Assembly: GCA_041742355.1 (NCBI GenBank)
Contig: JBGSIV010000108.1
Coordinates: forward strand, 1-21,887
DNA length: 21,887 nt
Reading direction: 5' to 3'
DNA from: Candidatus Zixiibacteriota bacterium
GTDB taxonomy: Bacteria; Zixibacteria; MSB-5A5; GN15; FEB-12
In this document: piece by piece, positions 1-9,017 of the stretch
Numbering within the stretch: the stretch's first letter is position 1
How the letters are laid out: each line of letters starts with the position of its first letter
Notes under the pieces: model-generated
Database searches by the model: none
Told to the model about the DNA's origin: nothing
Seen by the model: only the letters and a program-made list of their open reading frames with translations
Position numbers and translations under genes: made by a program

Positions 1-54
1 TCATCCAGTAGTATCGGGCGGTCCCGCCCGCTTCTTGAGTCGATTTCTTCACCT

Positions 55-324
55 CTACCCCACCAGCTGCGGAATCAGGTCAAACATGTGCCGGGTGAAA
101 TCGGTCGCCATGCTGATCATCCACGGCAGGAAGATCAAGAGCGCCAGTCCGATCGCGAGGATCTTCGGCACAAAAGTCAGGGTCATCTCATGGATCTGCG
201 TAATTGCCTGGAAGATCGAGATCGCCAACCCCACCACCAGCCCGAAAATCAGCATCGGCCCCGATATCAGGAGTGTTACCGACAACGCTTCACGTCCGAT
301 CGCCACTACCATCTCAGGAGTCAT
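55..324 (-). CDS. fliQ: Flagellar export apparatus protein FliQ (89 aa)
   Basis: MTPEMVVAIGREAL...GLAISIFQAITQIHEMTLTFVPKI, the FliQ QAxTQIxExTLxFVPK signature. Start moved from 426 to ATG 324, which follows GAGG and the fliP stop. Confidence 0.96.
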   Translation of the reverse strand: MTPEMVVAIGREALSVTLLISGPMLIFGLVVGLAISIFQAITQIHEMTLTFVPKILAIGLALLIFLPWMISMATDFTRHMFDLIPQLVG

Positions 325-334
325 TTTCTTAACC

Positions 335-1090
335 TCACACGCGGAACGATTCCACCAGCGACTTGACCAGCAGGTACCAGCCGTCGACCAGCACGAAGAG
401 CAGGATCTTGAACGGTAACGATACAATCACCGGCGGCAGCATCATCATGCCCATCGACATGAGCACGGAGGCCACTACCATATCGATCACGAGGAACGGA
501 ATGAACAGCACGAATGCGATCTGGAAGGCAGTGCGCAGTTCGGAGATCACAAACCCCGGCACCAGTACCTGGATGGGTATGTCTTCCGGCTTTTCGGGCT
601 GGTCGAGTTTGGCAATATTCACGAACAGCGCGAGGTCCTTCTCCCGCGTTTGCGCCAACATGAACTGGCGGAATGGCCCCACCGCCTTCTCGTATGCCTC
701 TTTCCCCGTGATCTGCTTTTCGATGTAGGGCTTTATCCCCTCGTTGTACGACTTGTCGACGGTTGGCCCCATCACGAAGAACGTCAGGATCAGCGACAAT
801 CCCACCAGGAGTTGGTTCGGCGGCATCTGGTGCACGCCCATCGCGCTGCGCAAGAACGACATTACCACCACAATCCGAATAAACGATGTTACCATCATCA
901 GGATCGATGGCGCCAGCGCGAGGATTGTCAGGAGGAGGAGGATGATTTGCAGGGTCGTGGAGAGCTCTTTCGGGTCGGCCGTTTGTCCGACCTCCACTGA
1001 GATCTTCGGGAGGCTCTGGGCGAGTAAGTCGCCCGTCACGAACATGAGAACGCCGGCTGTAGCGGCGCCGATGAGGAGCAATTTCTTCAT
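335..1090 (-). CDS. fliP: Flagellar export apparatus protein FliP
   Basis: Signal-peptide-like N-terminus; motifs MMVTSFIRIVVV, PPNQLL, FVISELRTAF, DMVVASVLMSMGMMMLPP, LPFKILLFVLVDGW. Confidence 0.98.
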   Translation of the reverse strand: MKKLLLIGAATAGVLMFVTGDLLAQSLPKISVEVGQTADPKELSTTLQIILLLLTILALAPSILMMVTSFIRIVVVMSFLRSAMGVHQMPPNQLLVGLSLILTFFVMGPTVDKSYNEGIKPYIEKQITGKEAYEKAVGPFRQFMLAQTREKDLALFVNIAKLDQPEKPEDIPIQVLVPGFVISELRTAFQIAFVLFIPFLVIDMVVASVLMSMGMMMLPPVIVSLPFKILLFVLVDGWYLLVKSLVESFRV

Positions 1091-1159
1091 ATCCTATATC
1101 TCGTTGTCGCGCGACATCCATATCACGCGTAGTTGCGCCTGTGGGCGCATCGCCCCGGC

Positions 1160-1723
1160 TTATGCCGACAGTGTTGCCTGTTTCTTCTTTAGGCCGAATG
1201 CGCGCAGTGTGCCGCCGGCCGCCTGCAGCGCCTTTTGAAATCCGTCCGTTTCTTCCGCCGCCCGAGTCGCCGCCAGGATCTCCGCCGTCTTCTCGGCCGT
1301 CAACTCGGTCAGCATAGTGATGCCGCTCTCGGTTACACCGAGCAGGATCGCCTTGTCGGCCACCCGAACGAGCGAGATCATCTTTTTCGGCGCGACTGCG
1401 GTTGTCTCGATTATCTCGAGATTGCGGGATCCGCCAAATCCTCCCCGCTTGCCGCTCATCCGCTTGAGGGCGTAGATGCCGGCGTAGATGCACGCGATCG
1501 TGATGGCCAGAGCGCTCAAGATCCGCATGAGCGACGGCAAAGCCGATCCGGAAAACTCCGCAGGCGTCACTACTTCCTGTGACTGCGCCGCGTTGAAGTT
1601 CGCCAGGTCGACCCCTCGTTCGGCCGAGGTTTGGCCGCCGTTCATCAACACGAGCCCCATCAGGGCCACCGCGATGAGCACCGCCGCGATCGTCGCGTTC
1701 CGTTTGTTCTGTTTACTGTTCAT
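1160..1723 (-). CDS. fliO: Flagellar biosynthesis protein FliO
   Basis: Lies between fliN and fliP; TM helix followed by LEIIETTAVAPKKMISLVRVADKAILLGVTESGITML, a typical FliO cytoplasmic domain. Confidence 0.88.
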   Translation of the reverse strand: MNSKQNKRNATIAAVLIAVALMGLVLMNGGQTSAERGVDLANFNAAQSQEVVTPAEFSGSALPSLMRILSALAITIACIYAGIYALKRMSGKRGGFGGSRNLEIIETTAVAPKKMISLVRVADKAILLGVTESGITMLTELTAEKTAEILAATRAAEETDGFQKALQAAGGTLRAFGLKKKQATLSA

Positions 1724-2291
1724 CGGCCAGCAATTTCAGGCGTTCTTCCGGCGTCATGAGCTGCGTTACCCGCACGCCGAAGTTCTCGTCGATCACCACT
1801 ACTTCGCCCTTGGCGACGATCTTTCCGTTGACCAGCACATCGACCGGTTCGCCGGCCAGCTTGTTCAACTCGACCACCGACCCCGGCCCGAGCGCCAGGA
1901 TATCGGATATCGACATCCGCGTCCGTCCCAACTCGATCGCAATCGGCAGCGCCACGTCCATCAGCAGGTCGATATTGCGCGGCGCCGGCTTCGAAGCCGG
2001 TTCCGACAGATGCTGGAATTCCGCGCGGGATACATCGGCCGATCCGAAGTGAATGTCTTCCGGCGCAGCTTTGGCCGATTCCTGCGGCAGGTCTTCCAGC
2101 ATCGCCATCATGGCCGCTTCGGCGTCCGCCTCGGACATATCGCTCTCGTTGACCACCTTCTTGAGCGCCTCCTGCACCTCCGACTCGGATTCTCCGGCAC
2201 CGCCGGAATCGCCGAGATCGGCCAGCGCGTCGGCATCGGGTTGCGCGAGTTGGGCCTCGTCCTGAGGCGCCATTTTCTCACGGTCTGTCAT
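1713..2291 (-). CDS. fliN: Flagellar motor switch protein FliN with acidic N-terminal extension (192 aa)
   Basis: C-terminal SpoA domain IDLLMDVALPIAIELGRT...GSVVELNKLAGEPVDVLVNG..A.GEVVVIDENFGVRV. Start placed at ATG 2291, overlapping the fliM stop (TAATG) and preceded by GGAGA. Confidence 0.95.
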   Translation of the reverse strand: MTDREKMAPQDEAQLAQPDADALADLGDSGGAGESESEVQEALKKVVNESDMSEADAEAAMMAMLEDLPQESAKAAPEDIHFGSADVSRAEFQHLSEPASKPAPRNIDLLMDVALPIAIELGRTRMSISDILALGPGSVVELNKLAGEPVDVLVNGKIVAKGEVVVIDENFGVRVTQLMTPEERLKLLADEQ

Positions 2292-3289
2292 TATCGCTTC
2301 TCCTCCGATAAGTTGTCGCACACTTCGACTACCTGAACCGCCCGCTTCTTGCCTGAAAGCCCCGGCCGCGCCCGGTACTTGCACCGGCGGTTGACAAACA
2401 GCTCAACCGGGACACTGATTTTTTTCTCTGACGGAATCACGTCCCCGACCTCCAGATGCAGGAAATCCCGCATCTTGATCGAGGTGTTCAGAAGAACCGC
2501 CGACAGGTCGATGCCGACTCCGCGGAGGTTGGTGAGGTTGACGTCCCGGTCCGAGGATTCCGGCTTCTTCTTCGTCGCATCGATCCAGTTCTGGGCCGAG
2601 AGCTTTGAAATGATCGGCTCAAGGGCCACGTACGGGTAGCAGATCGTCAGCAACCCCGTCGACTGGAACAGCTTCACCTGGAACGACACCACGACCACCG
2701 TTTCGCCCGGCGGCACGATCTGGATGAACTGGGGATTCGTTTCAAAGCTCTTCTGATCGACATCGATGTGGACGATATTTTCCCATGCCCGCTCCAGGTC
2801 CCGGTAGAGCCGCTGCGACAGCCGACCCATCACCGACCGTTCGATCGGCGTGAGCTCGCGTTCCGTCTCGAGAATTTTCCCGTTGCCGCCGAACATCCGG
2901 TCGATGAACGAAAACGTCAGGGTCGGGTTGAAATCCACCAGGCTCACTGCGTCCAGCGGCGTCGCTCCGAACGTGTACGTGCACGACGGCGTCACCAGCG
3001 ACATGATGAACTCCGAGTAGGTGATCTGGTCCACGCTGACCAGATCCACATCCACGATTGTCCGCATGATCGCCGACAACGACGAGCCGTAGTGGCCCGC
3101 GAAGTTGTCGTGCATATTCTCGAGCGTCCGGAGCTGATCCTTCGAGACCCGGTTCGGGTGCTTGAAATCGTAGGCGATGATCGACCGCAGCCGATCGTTC
3201 CGGAGTTTGTCGTCCTCCAGGCTCTGTTCGCCCGACGATACCGTCGTCAAGAGGGCATCAATCTCGTCCTGTGTCAGGATCTTGGCCAC
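2291..3289 (-). CDS. fliM: Flagellar motor switch protein FliM
   Basis: N-terminal CheY-binding motif ILTQDEIDALL, YDFKHPNRVSKDQLRTL, FGGNG, ETNPQF and a C-terminal SpoA domain; GTG start. Confidence 0.97.
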   Translation of the reverse strand: MAKILTQDEIDALLTTVSSGEQSLEDDKLRNDRLRSIIAYDFKHPNRVSKDQLRTLENMHDNFAGHYGSSLSAIMRTIVDVDLVSVDQITYSEFIMSLVTPSCTYTFGATPLDAVSLVDFNPTLTFSFIDRMFGGNGKILETERELTPIERSVMGRLSQRLYRDLERAWENIVHIDVDQKSFETNPQFIQIVPPGETVVVVSFQVKLFQSTGLLTICYPYVALEPIISKLSAQNWIDATKKKPESSDRDVNLTNLRGVGIDLSAVLLNTSIKMRDFLHLEVGDVIPSEKKISVPVELFVNRRCKYRARPGLSGKKRAVQVVEVCDNLSEEKR

Positions 3290-3300
3290 GAATCACTTCC

Positions 3301-3900
3301 TCACTGCAGTACAAAGTCGGTATAGTACACACCCGCTATGGCGTCGGTCTTCATGAGCTCCGACACCCGCTTCTTGATCTGGTAGCGGATGATTTCTTTC
3401 TGGCGCACGTCGGTCAGCTGGGCCACCGTCTTGGACGACAGGATCGTGATCAGCGCGTCGCGGATCATGGCTTCGCGCGACCGGAAATCGATCATCATCT
3501 GCGGCGAGTCGAGTTCGAAGCCGAACGAGACCGACAGGAATCGTGAGCCGCCCGTACCGGCGGGATTGATCACGATATCCTCGATCGAGTACAGGAGCGA
3601 TTCCCCTGCTTCCGACCCCTTCTCGCCGTGGGAGGATTTCTCCTCGTACTTTTTCTCGTTGGCCTTTTTCTCCTCGGTCTTCTTTTCGCTTTCGTGTCCC
3701 TGCGCCGCCGCGTTTTCAGGAGCATCCCCCGAAGGCGCCAGCATCGGCTTGAGCACGAACAGCGCCAGCACGACGCCGATCACGATCGCCCCGACACCGA
3801 TCCCCGCAAAGAGGAGCAGCTTGCTCTTGCTCCCGGCCTTTGCCGCCGGAGCAGCCGAATCGCCCGCCGCCACCACTGTCTTGTCTTCTTCACCCGGCAT
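3301..3900 (-). CDS. fliL: Flagellar basal body-associated protein FliL
   Basis: Single N-terminal TM helix, IVINPAGTGGSRFL, IRDALITILSSKT, C-terminal VYYTDFVLQ; directly upstream of fliM. Confidence 0.95.
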   Translation of the reverse strand: MPGEEDKTVVAAGDSAAPAAKAGSKSKLLLFAGIGVGAIVIGVVLALFVLKPMLAPSGDAPENAAAQGHESEKKTEEKKANEKKYEEKSSHGEKGSEAGESLLYSIEDIVINPAGTGGSRFLSVSFGFELDSPQMMIDFRSREAMIRDALITILSSKTVAQLTDVRQKEIIRYQIKKRVSELMKTDAIAGVYYTDFVLQ

Positions 3901-4120
3901 GGTACTCTCCTGCTGCCGCAGCGCGGCGTCCGGCCGCTGTCGGCCGGACCCGCTCGCTGCGATCCATCTTCGGTTCCCGACCGGGCTGATCCGCCGTACG
4001 GACCAGCACTTCGCCGTGGATATTCACGTAGGTCACGTTTCCCGGCAGTGACTCCAGGAAGTGTATGAGCTCCGCGGTCATCTCGAACGGTTCCAAGTTA
4101 TGTCGGGTTATCCGCAACAT
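3890..4120 (-). CDS. FlbD/SwrD-like small flagellar protein, diverged C-terminus
   Basis: N-terminus MLRITRHNLEPFEMTAELIHFLESLP follows the FlbD/SwrD pattern (MIxxTRLNxxxFxLNxxLIExIExxP) and sits in the usual position right after flgE. Confidence 0.62.
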   Translation of the reverse strand: MLRITRHNLEPFEMTAELIHFLESLPGNVTYVNIHGEVLVRTADQPGREPKMDRSERVRPTAAGRRAAAAGEYHAG

Positions 4121-4128
4121 CTATTTCA

Positions 4129-6069
4129 CTACCTCTTGATATTCACGAGTTCGTCGAGCATGTTGTCCGAGGTCGTGATGATCCGGGCGTTGGCCTGGAA
4201 CCCGCGCTGCGCGGTGATCATCCCGGTGAATTCCTGGGCGATATCGACGGCCGAGGTCTCCAGCGCGCCGGAGAAGATCTGCCCGGAGACGGTCTCCCCG
4301 GCGATTCCTTCGACCGCACTGCCCGAGTTGGCGCTCTCCTGGTACATTGACTTGCCCGCCTTGCGCAGGCCTGACTGGTTGAAGAAGTCCGCCATCATCA
4401 CCTGTGCCAGCACCCGGGTCACGCCGTTGTTGAAGATGCCCGAGATATTGCCGGCCTTGTCGATCGCGATCTTCTCGAGCAAGCCAACTCCGTACCCGTC
4501 CTGGCGAACCAGTTGAGCCGTATGCGAGCCCGATGCAAACCCGGTGAGACCGTCGAACCCAAAGGCCGTCCCGGCATTCACCGTCAACGTGACATTCTCT
4601 GCGCCGTTGTTCGGGTTGATCGTGATCGCCTCGTTGCCGCCGTTGTAACCAAACGTATTGAGCGAACCATCCGGGTTGAACAGCACGTAACCCGAGCCAC
4701 CCGATGTTATCGACTCGTTGCCAAGTGTCGACACCGACCATTCCCAGCGGTTGTCGAGCACGGACTTGAAGAACTCGATCGACATCGTGTGGCGGCCGCC
4801 CTGCGAATCGAACACGGTGATCGACGCCGTATGGGTCGTCGGCTCCGTCTCAATGACCAGATCATTGCCGCCGGTCGCTGCGATTCCGGATGTCCCGGCC
4901 GTAATCTCGACACCGCCTTCGCCCATCCCGGACAGACCCGTCACCAGGCCCGTCTGCTGATCGACGACCAAACCGAGTTGCGAAGTGATCGGTCCGGCTG
5001 CGCCGCCCGAGCCCTGCATCGGTGTGAACGTGTCGGTCGCCACAAGCGTCGTGTCTGTTCCGCCCGCCGACTGTACTGTGGCACCGACGGCCGCGCCGAA
5101 AATGGTGTTCAGCGTATCGCCGGCCGCTGCCGCCGAGGTGGCGAAGTTGTACACGGAGTGATCACCTGCCCTGGTCCGCGCGATGGAAATCGCTCCGGCT
5201 CCGTCGAGCCCGGCCTGGAGACCGGAGATCTGGTTGATCGACGACATCAGCTCTTCGAGCGTCGTGCTGGCATTCAGGCCGGTAATCGTCTCCGTCCGCG
5301 TGCCATCCACGGTGACGGTGAAATCGGAAAAGTCGGTCACGCCGAGCGCTCCGAGGGTTTGCGCTCCGGAGAGGCCGGACAGGGTGCTCGTAAAGGTATC
5401 CGCCGTCGCCTGTGCGCCGGTGATCGAAATCCGGTGCGTGCCGCCCACGCCGTCAATAGTGGTTCCCGACACAAGCAGCACATTCGAGCCGCCGGCATCC
5501 ATCAACTGTGCGACCGAGTCGCTCGCCGAGGCATCGAGGTTGCTCGCCAGCCAAACTTCGTCGGTCGCGTTGGCCGGATCCTGCTGGCCGAACGGCAGGC
5601 GGATCGGTCCGGTGGTGGCCAGGGACGGGATCTGCCCCGTGCTGTCGGCCATCCGGCCCAGCACATACAGGCCCGTCGCCGGATCCACCAGCGTCGCTTC
5701 CGAGTCCAGCCCGAACGCGCCCGCCCGAGAGTAGAATCGGTTGTTGTTAGCATCGCCGAGAATGAAGAAGCCCGACCCCTGAATGGCCAGGTCGAGAATC
5801 TGCCCGGTCGTCTCGAGACCGCCCTGCTGGAACAGGGTGTCGATCGACGAAACTTCCATCCCGAGGCCGAGCTGCACCGGGTTGGTACCGCCGGTTATGG
5901 CCGACGGACGGCCGGCTCCGCGAAACGTCTGCACGAGCGCCTCCTGGAAATTGACGCGGCTCGTTTTGAATCCGACGGTGTTGATGTTCGCGATGTTGTT
6001 GCCGATCACGTTCATCTTCGTCTGGTGATTCTTCAGTCCGGACACACCGGCATACAGTGACGCCATCAT
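4129..6069 (-). CDS. flgE: Flagellar hook protein FlgE (646 aa, large central insertion)
   Basis: N-terminal SLYAGVSGL...GNNIANINTVGFK, DLAIQGSGFF, YSRAGAF; C-terminal GALETSAVDIAQEFTGMITAQRGFQANARIITTSD; GGAGG RBS. Confidence 0.97.
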   Translation of the reverse strand: MMASLYAGVSGLKNHQTKMNVIGNNIANINTVGFKTSRVNFQEALVQTFRGAGRPSAITGGTNPVQLGLGMEVSSIDTLFQQGGLETTGQILDLAIQGSGFFILGDANNNRFYSRAGAFGLDSEATLVDPATGLYVLGRMADSTGQIPSLATTGPIRLPFGQQDPANATDEVWLASNLDASASDSVAQLMDAGGSNVLLVSGTTIDGVGGTHRISITGAQATADTFTSTLSGLSGAQTLGALGVTDFSDFTVTVDGTRTETITGLNASTTLEELMSSINQISGLQAGLDGAGAISIARTRAGDHSVYNFATSAAAAGDTLNTIFGAAVGATVQSAGGTDTTLVATDTFTPMQGSGGAAGPITSQLGLVVDQQTGLVTGLSGMGEGGVEITAGTSGIAATGGNDLVIETEPTTHTASITVFDSQGGRHTMSIEFFKSVLDNRWEWSVSTLGNESITSGGSGYVLFNPDGSLNTFGYNGGNEAITINPNNGAENVTLTVNAGTAFGFDGLTGFASGSHTAQLVRQDGYGVGLLEKIAIDKAGNISGIFNNGVTRVLAQVMMADFFNQSGLRKAGKSMYQESANSGSAVEGIAGETVSGQIFSGALETSAVDIAQEFTGMITAQRGFQANARIITTSDNMLDELVNIKR

Positions 6070-6167
6070 GATGTGTTTACCTCCGTTTTGTCATCGGGGC
6101 TTCTCCAACCCAATGGAGGCCAGCCCGTGGTTCGATGTATTGTTGCTGTTTCCGTTCATTGCCATAC

Positions 6168-6563
6168 TCAGAGAATGACCGCCGAATCGATCGAGGTCAC
6201 TATCCCTTCACGCAAGTTGTCGCGATCGAACGCCGTGACCACCGTCCGGTTCGGCACTGAAATGACCAGCGCCGCTTCGTCGGTAAGGACCAGCGTTTCT
6301 TTCGATCCTTTGCTTGCGGCCCGGTCGATCGCGTTCGCGATCCCGGCCAGCGTCTTGTCCGACAGCTCGATTCCACGCGAGAACAACCGCTGGCTCGCGT
6401 GTTTCGAGAAATGCACCCCCTGGTCGGCCGCCAGTTCGCGCGAGAACATCTCCTTGAACGAGCCGCCGTCCGCCTTTGCCGCCGACTGCGGCGTGTTGCG
6501 GTTGGCGATCTCTATGAGATTCACCGGTCGCTGGTGCATCGATATCGCATTGCTGATCTTCAT
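6168..6563 (-). CDS. Flagellar operon protein (TIGR02530-type)
   Basis: FSKHASQRL..RGI, KGSKETLVL, ALVISVPNRTVVTA, IVTSIDSAVI; conserved position between flgD and flgE. Confidence 0.92.
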   Translation of the reverse strand: MKISNAISMHQRPVNLIEIANRNTPQSAAKADGGSFKEMFSRELAADQGVHFSKHASQRLFSRGIELSDKTLAGIANAIDRAASKGSKETLVLTDEAALVISVPNRTVVTAFDRDNLREGIVTSIDSAVIL

Positions 6564-6596
6564 CGCAGTTCTGCCTTTCCTTCCTTCCCTGCCCGG

Positions 6597-7301
6597 TCAC
6601 TCGCCGCCGAGTTCCCCTTTTTCCGCGATCGCCGAGACATCGCCGAACGGAATCTCCATGCCGTCGACCATGAAGTAGGCCGTACCGTCACGGTAGGTCA
6701 CCGCCTGAACAATCCCGCGCATCCCGAGGTCCGGTGTGAACGCGGCGCCCGATCCGTCCTTCGCTTTGACCGACACCGAATAGGTCCCCTCTTCGACCTG
6801 GTTTCCCTGGGCGTTTGTGCCGTCCCAAACGAAGGTCTGTTTCCCCGGCGCCGCATCATTCTTGGTCAGAGTTGTGACCAAATTGCCTTCGGCGTCGTGG
6901 ATCTCGATGTTAATTTCCGATGCATACCGTTCGGTCGTGAGGGTGATCTTCGGCTCTTTGGTGCCGTCGAAGTAGATCTCGTTGTACGACGCCTCAACCT
7001 CTTTGCCGATGAGTCCCGCCGCCATGACGTTGTTGATCGATTGCATCTGCAGGAAGTCCCACTGGTTCGATTCTGCGATCCCGTCCGCGATATTGGTCAT
7101 CTGTTCCAGCGACGAGAACTGGGCCAGCTGGGCGATGTAGTCCTCGTCTTCCATCGGGCTGAGCGGGTCCTGGTTTTGCAGCTTGGTAACCAGCAGCTGC
7201 AGGAAGTCATCCTTACCGAGCTGCTGCAGGCCGCCGGTGTTGCCGCTGTTGGCGGCCGCCGACCACATGCCGCCGACCGATGTATTCGTGATTTCAGCCA
7301 T
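6597..7301 (-). CDS. flgD: Flagellar hook capping protein FlgD
   Basis: LGKDDFLQLLVTKLQNQDPLSPM...AQLAQFSSLEQM plus the Ig-like WDG domain; AGAAGGA RBS. Confidence 0.97.
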   Translation of the reverse strand: MAEITNTSVGGMWSAAANSGNTGGLQQLGKDDFLQLLVTKLQNQDPLSPMEDEDYIAQLAQFSSLEQMTNIADGIAESNQWDFLQMQSINNVMAAGLIGKEVEASYNEIYFDGTKEPKITLTTERYASEINIEIHDAEGNLVTTLTKNDAAPGKQTFVWDGTNAQGNQVEEGTYSVSVKAKDGSGAAFTPDLGMRGIVQAVTYRDGTAYFMVDGMEIPFGDVSAIAEKGELGGE

Positions 7302-7319
7302 GGTCCTTCTCCTTCTCCT

Positions 7320-9014
7320 CTATGCAAGCACGTTCACTCCGCCGGCGCCGATGTAACTCGACCGCGCCATGGGCACAGCCGTCATCGTGGCCGGGGATGT
7401 GATTTCGTTATCGAGTCCGGGGAAACGTTGCATTCGTGACGGCTTGGTCCAGCGCGGTTCGTGCTGTCCAAACAGCTCGTTGCGCGTTCCCTGTTGGTCC
7501 ACAGTCACCTGGATATAGTCAACTTTGATATCTGCGCGCTGCAGTGCCTCTACCAGCCGGTCCAGTGATCCTTCGACCGCCTGGCGAGCCTGCGGGGAAT
7601 CTACCACCACCACAGCGCGCAACTGATCGTTCTGCATCGTGAGGTTTAGCCGCGCGGGGCCAAGATGCTCCGGATCAATCCGCAGTTGTACTGATTGGCC
7701 ATTCGACTTGAGCATCTGCCTGGCCTCCTGCGGAAGGGTGTATCGCACGGCCGCCGTATCGAGCCGTTCGCGCGGCATCGTCAGTTCGGTCGAGGAGCGG
7801 GCGAAGTCCGGAAGGCCCTGAATTCCCTCGCCGGATGTCTTCGCACTCGAAGATTCGTTTCCGGCCAAGCCCTGGAACTTGCTCCTGGGCGTTGCGGACG
7901 ACAGCAGATCATCGATAGAACCATCGCGCGAAATGCCGGAGACCCTGGTCGCCGGTCGGGTGGTCAATGGCGCAAGACTTTCGGTTGATTGGTCCGGAAC
8001 CGCCGCAGTCGACCGGGGTTGCTCACCAACCATCACACGCGTGCGCAGGTCGTTTCGGCCGAGGTTGGCTTTGATTACAACTTCCTGGCCGGCGTTCTCG
8101 GCAAACAGCTTGAATTCGACCGGCGTGACCCGATCGGCTGCCTGATTGACCGACCCGCCCAAGGGTGTATTAATGGTCGGAATTGTCGTTTCAGCCGGCT
8201 TGACCACCAGTTCCTTCAGCCGAAGATCGTTGAACAGCGTCCGCAACGATAGCTGCGGCGCGGTGCTATCCAAAGCGACCCGCGCCGCACCGGTGGAAAC
8301 GCCTTCTGAAGTGGACAAACTGTTCGTCAGCGCCGCCAGCGGCAGCGTGACCCGTATCATAGTATCCGGGGTCTCTTCCGGCACGAGGTCAAGCGTGAGC
8401 TGACCGTCGGTTACCCGGTAGTCCGCCACGGTGTATGATCCAATAGGTAGTTGCCCGCCAGCCGAGACCAACAGCCGCTGAATCTGCGCACTGACGAGCG
8501 GGTCGATCGTGGCCGTCGGTGTGCCCGGCATCGCACCTCCAGCAGGATCAACCGCACTCGGTTGATCAGCCGCTGGTGGCGTGAATTCGTCGCGAATGCC
8601 GGTGAGAGAGACTGCCTTTGAGGACAGTGCCATGGGCACAGACTCGACGATCTCGACGATCTCGATGCCCTCGAAGTCCCAGCCCGGGATTTTTGATGAA
8701 GTTCCGGAGACGAAATCGGCAGAGCCGGTGGCCGGTGACGTCTGAGGTGTCAGGACATTGGCCGGAGCCATGGTCCGAGTCTGCGGCAGGGCAAACTGCG
8801 GAGCAGGACCTGTAGTCGGGATCTTGGACTCAACGCGGCCGAAGAGCCCTGCCTGTCCCCCGACTCGGGGAATCTGTTCCTGTCCCAGCACCGTCTGCAT
8901 CACCTCGCCGAACAGCATGTCAAGCGGGTTGTCAGCAACCGCCTGAGTCCCCCCCGACGGAACGGGAGCTATACCCAGCAGCAGGTTGAGAATGTTCGGT
9001 GCGGACGTTTTCAC
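7320..9014 (-). CDS. fliK: Flagellar hook-length control protein FliK
   Basis: Long Pro/Thr/Ser-rich N-terminal region; C-terminal Flg_hook motif VQLRIDPEHLGPARL...ARQAVEGSLDRLVEAL; upstream of flgD; GTG start. Confidence 0.9.
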   Translation of the reverse strand: MKTSAPNILNLLLGIAPVPSGGTQAVADNPLDMLFGEVMQTVLGQEQIPRVGGQAGLFGRVESKIPTTGPAPQFALPQTRTMAPANVLTPQTSPATGSADFVSGTSSKIPGWDFEGIEIVEIVESVPMALSSKAVSLTGIRDEFTPPAADQPSAVDPAGGAMPGTPTATIDPLVSAQIQRLLVSAGGQLPIGSYTVADYRVTDGQLTLDLVPEETPDTMIRVTLPLAALTNSLSTSEGVSTGAARVALDSTAPQLSLRTLFNDLRLKELVVKPAETTIPTINTPLGGSVNQAADRVTPVEFKLFAENAGQEVVIKANLGRNDLRTRVMVGEQPRSTAAVPDQSTESLAPLTTRPATRVSGISRDGSIDDLLSSATPRSKFQGLAGNESSSAKTSGEGIQGLPDFARSSTELTMPRERLDTAAVRYTLPQEARQMLKSNGQSVQLRIDPEHLGPARLNLTMQNDQLRAVVVVDSPQARQAVEGSLDRLVEALQRADIKVDYIQVTVDQQGTRNELFGQHEPRWTKPSRMQRFPGLDNEITSPATMTAVPMARSSYIGAGGVNVLA

Positions 9015-9017
9015 AAT

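Noticed and set aside
1..54. Possible start of fliR, and a CGGGCG/CGCCCG hairpin after fliQ
   Set aside because: An open frame from GTG 52 has no recognisable FliR sequence in 17 codons, and the hairpin lacks a U tract.
321..1493. 390-aa minus-strand ORF overlapping fliO and fliP
   Set aside because: Alternative frame of real genes with non-protein-like composition.
4513..6060. 515-aa plus-strand ORF, and similar long antisense ORFs (6399..7439, 12688..13671, 13693..14805, 18211..19464)
   Set aside because: They lie antisense to well-supported genes and are Arg/Gly-rich without motifs, as expected for shadow ORFs in high-GC DNA.
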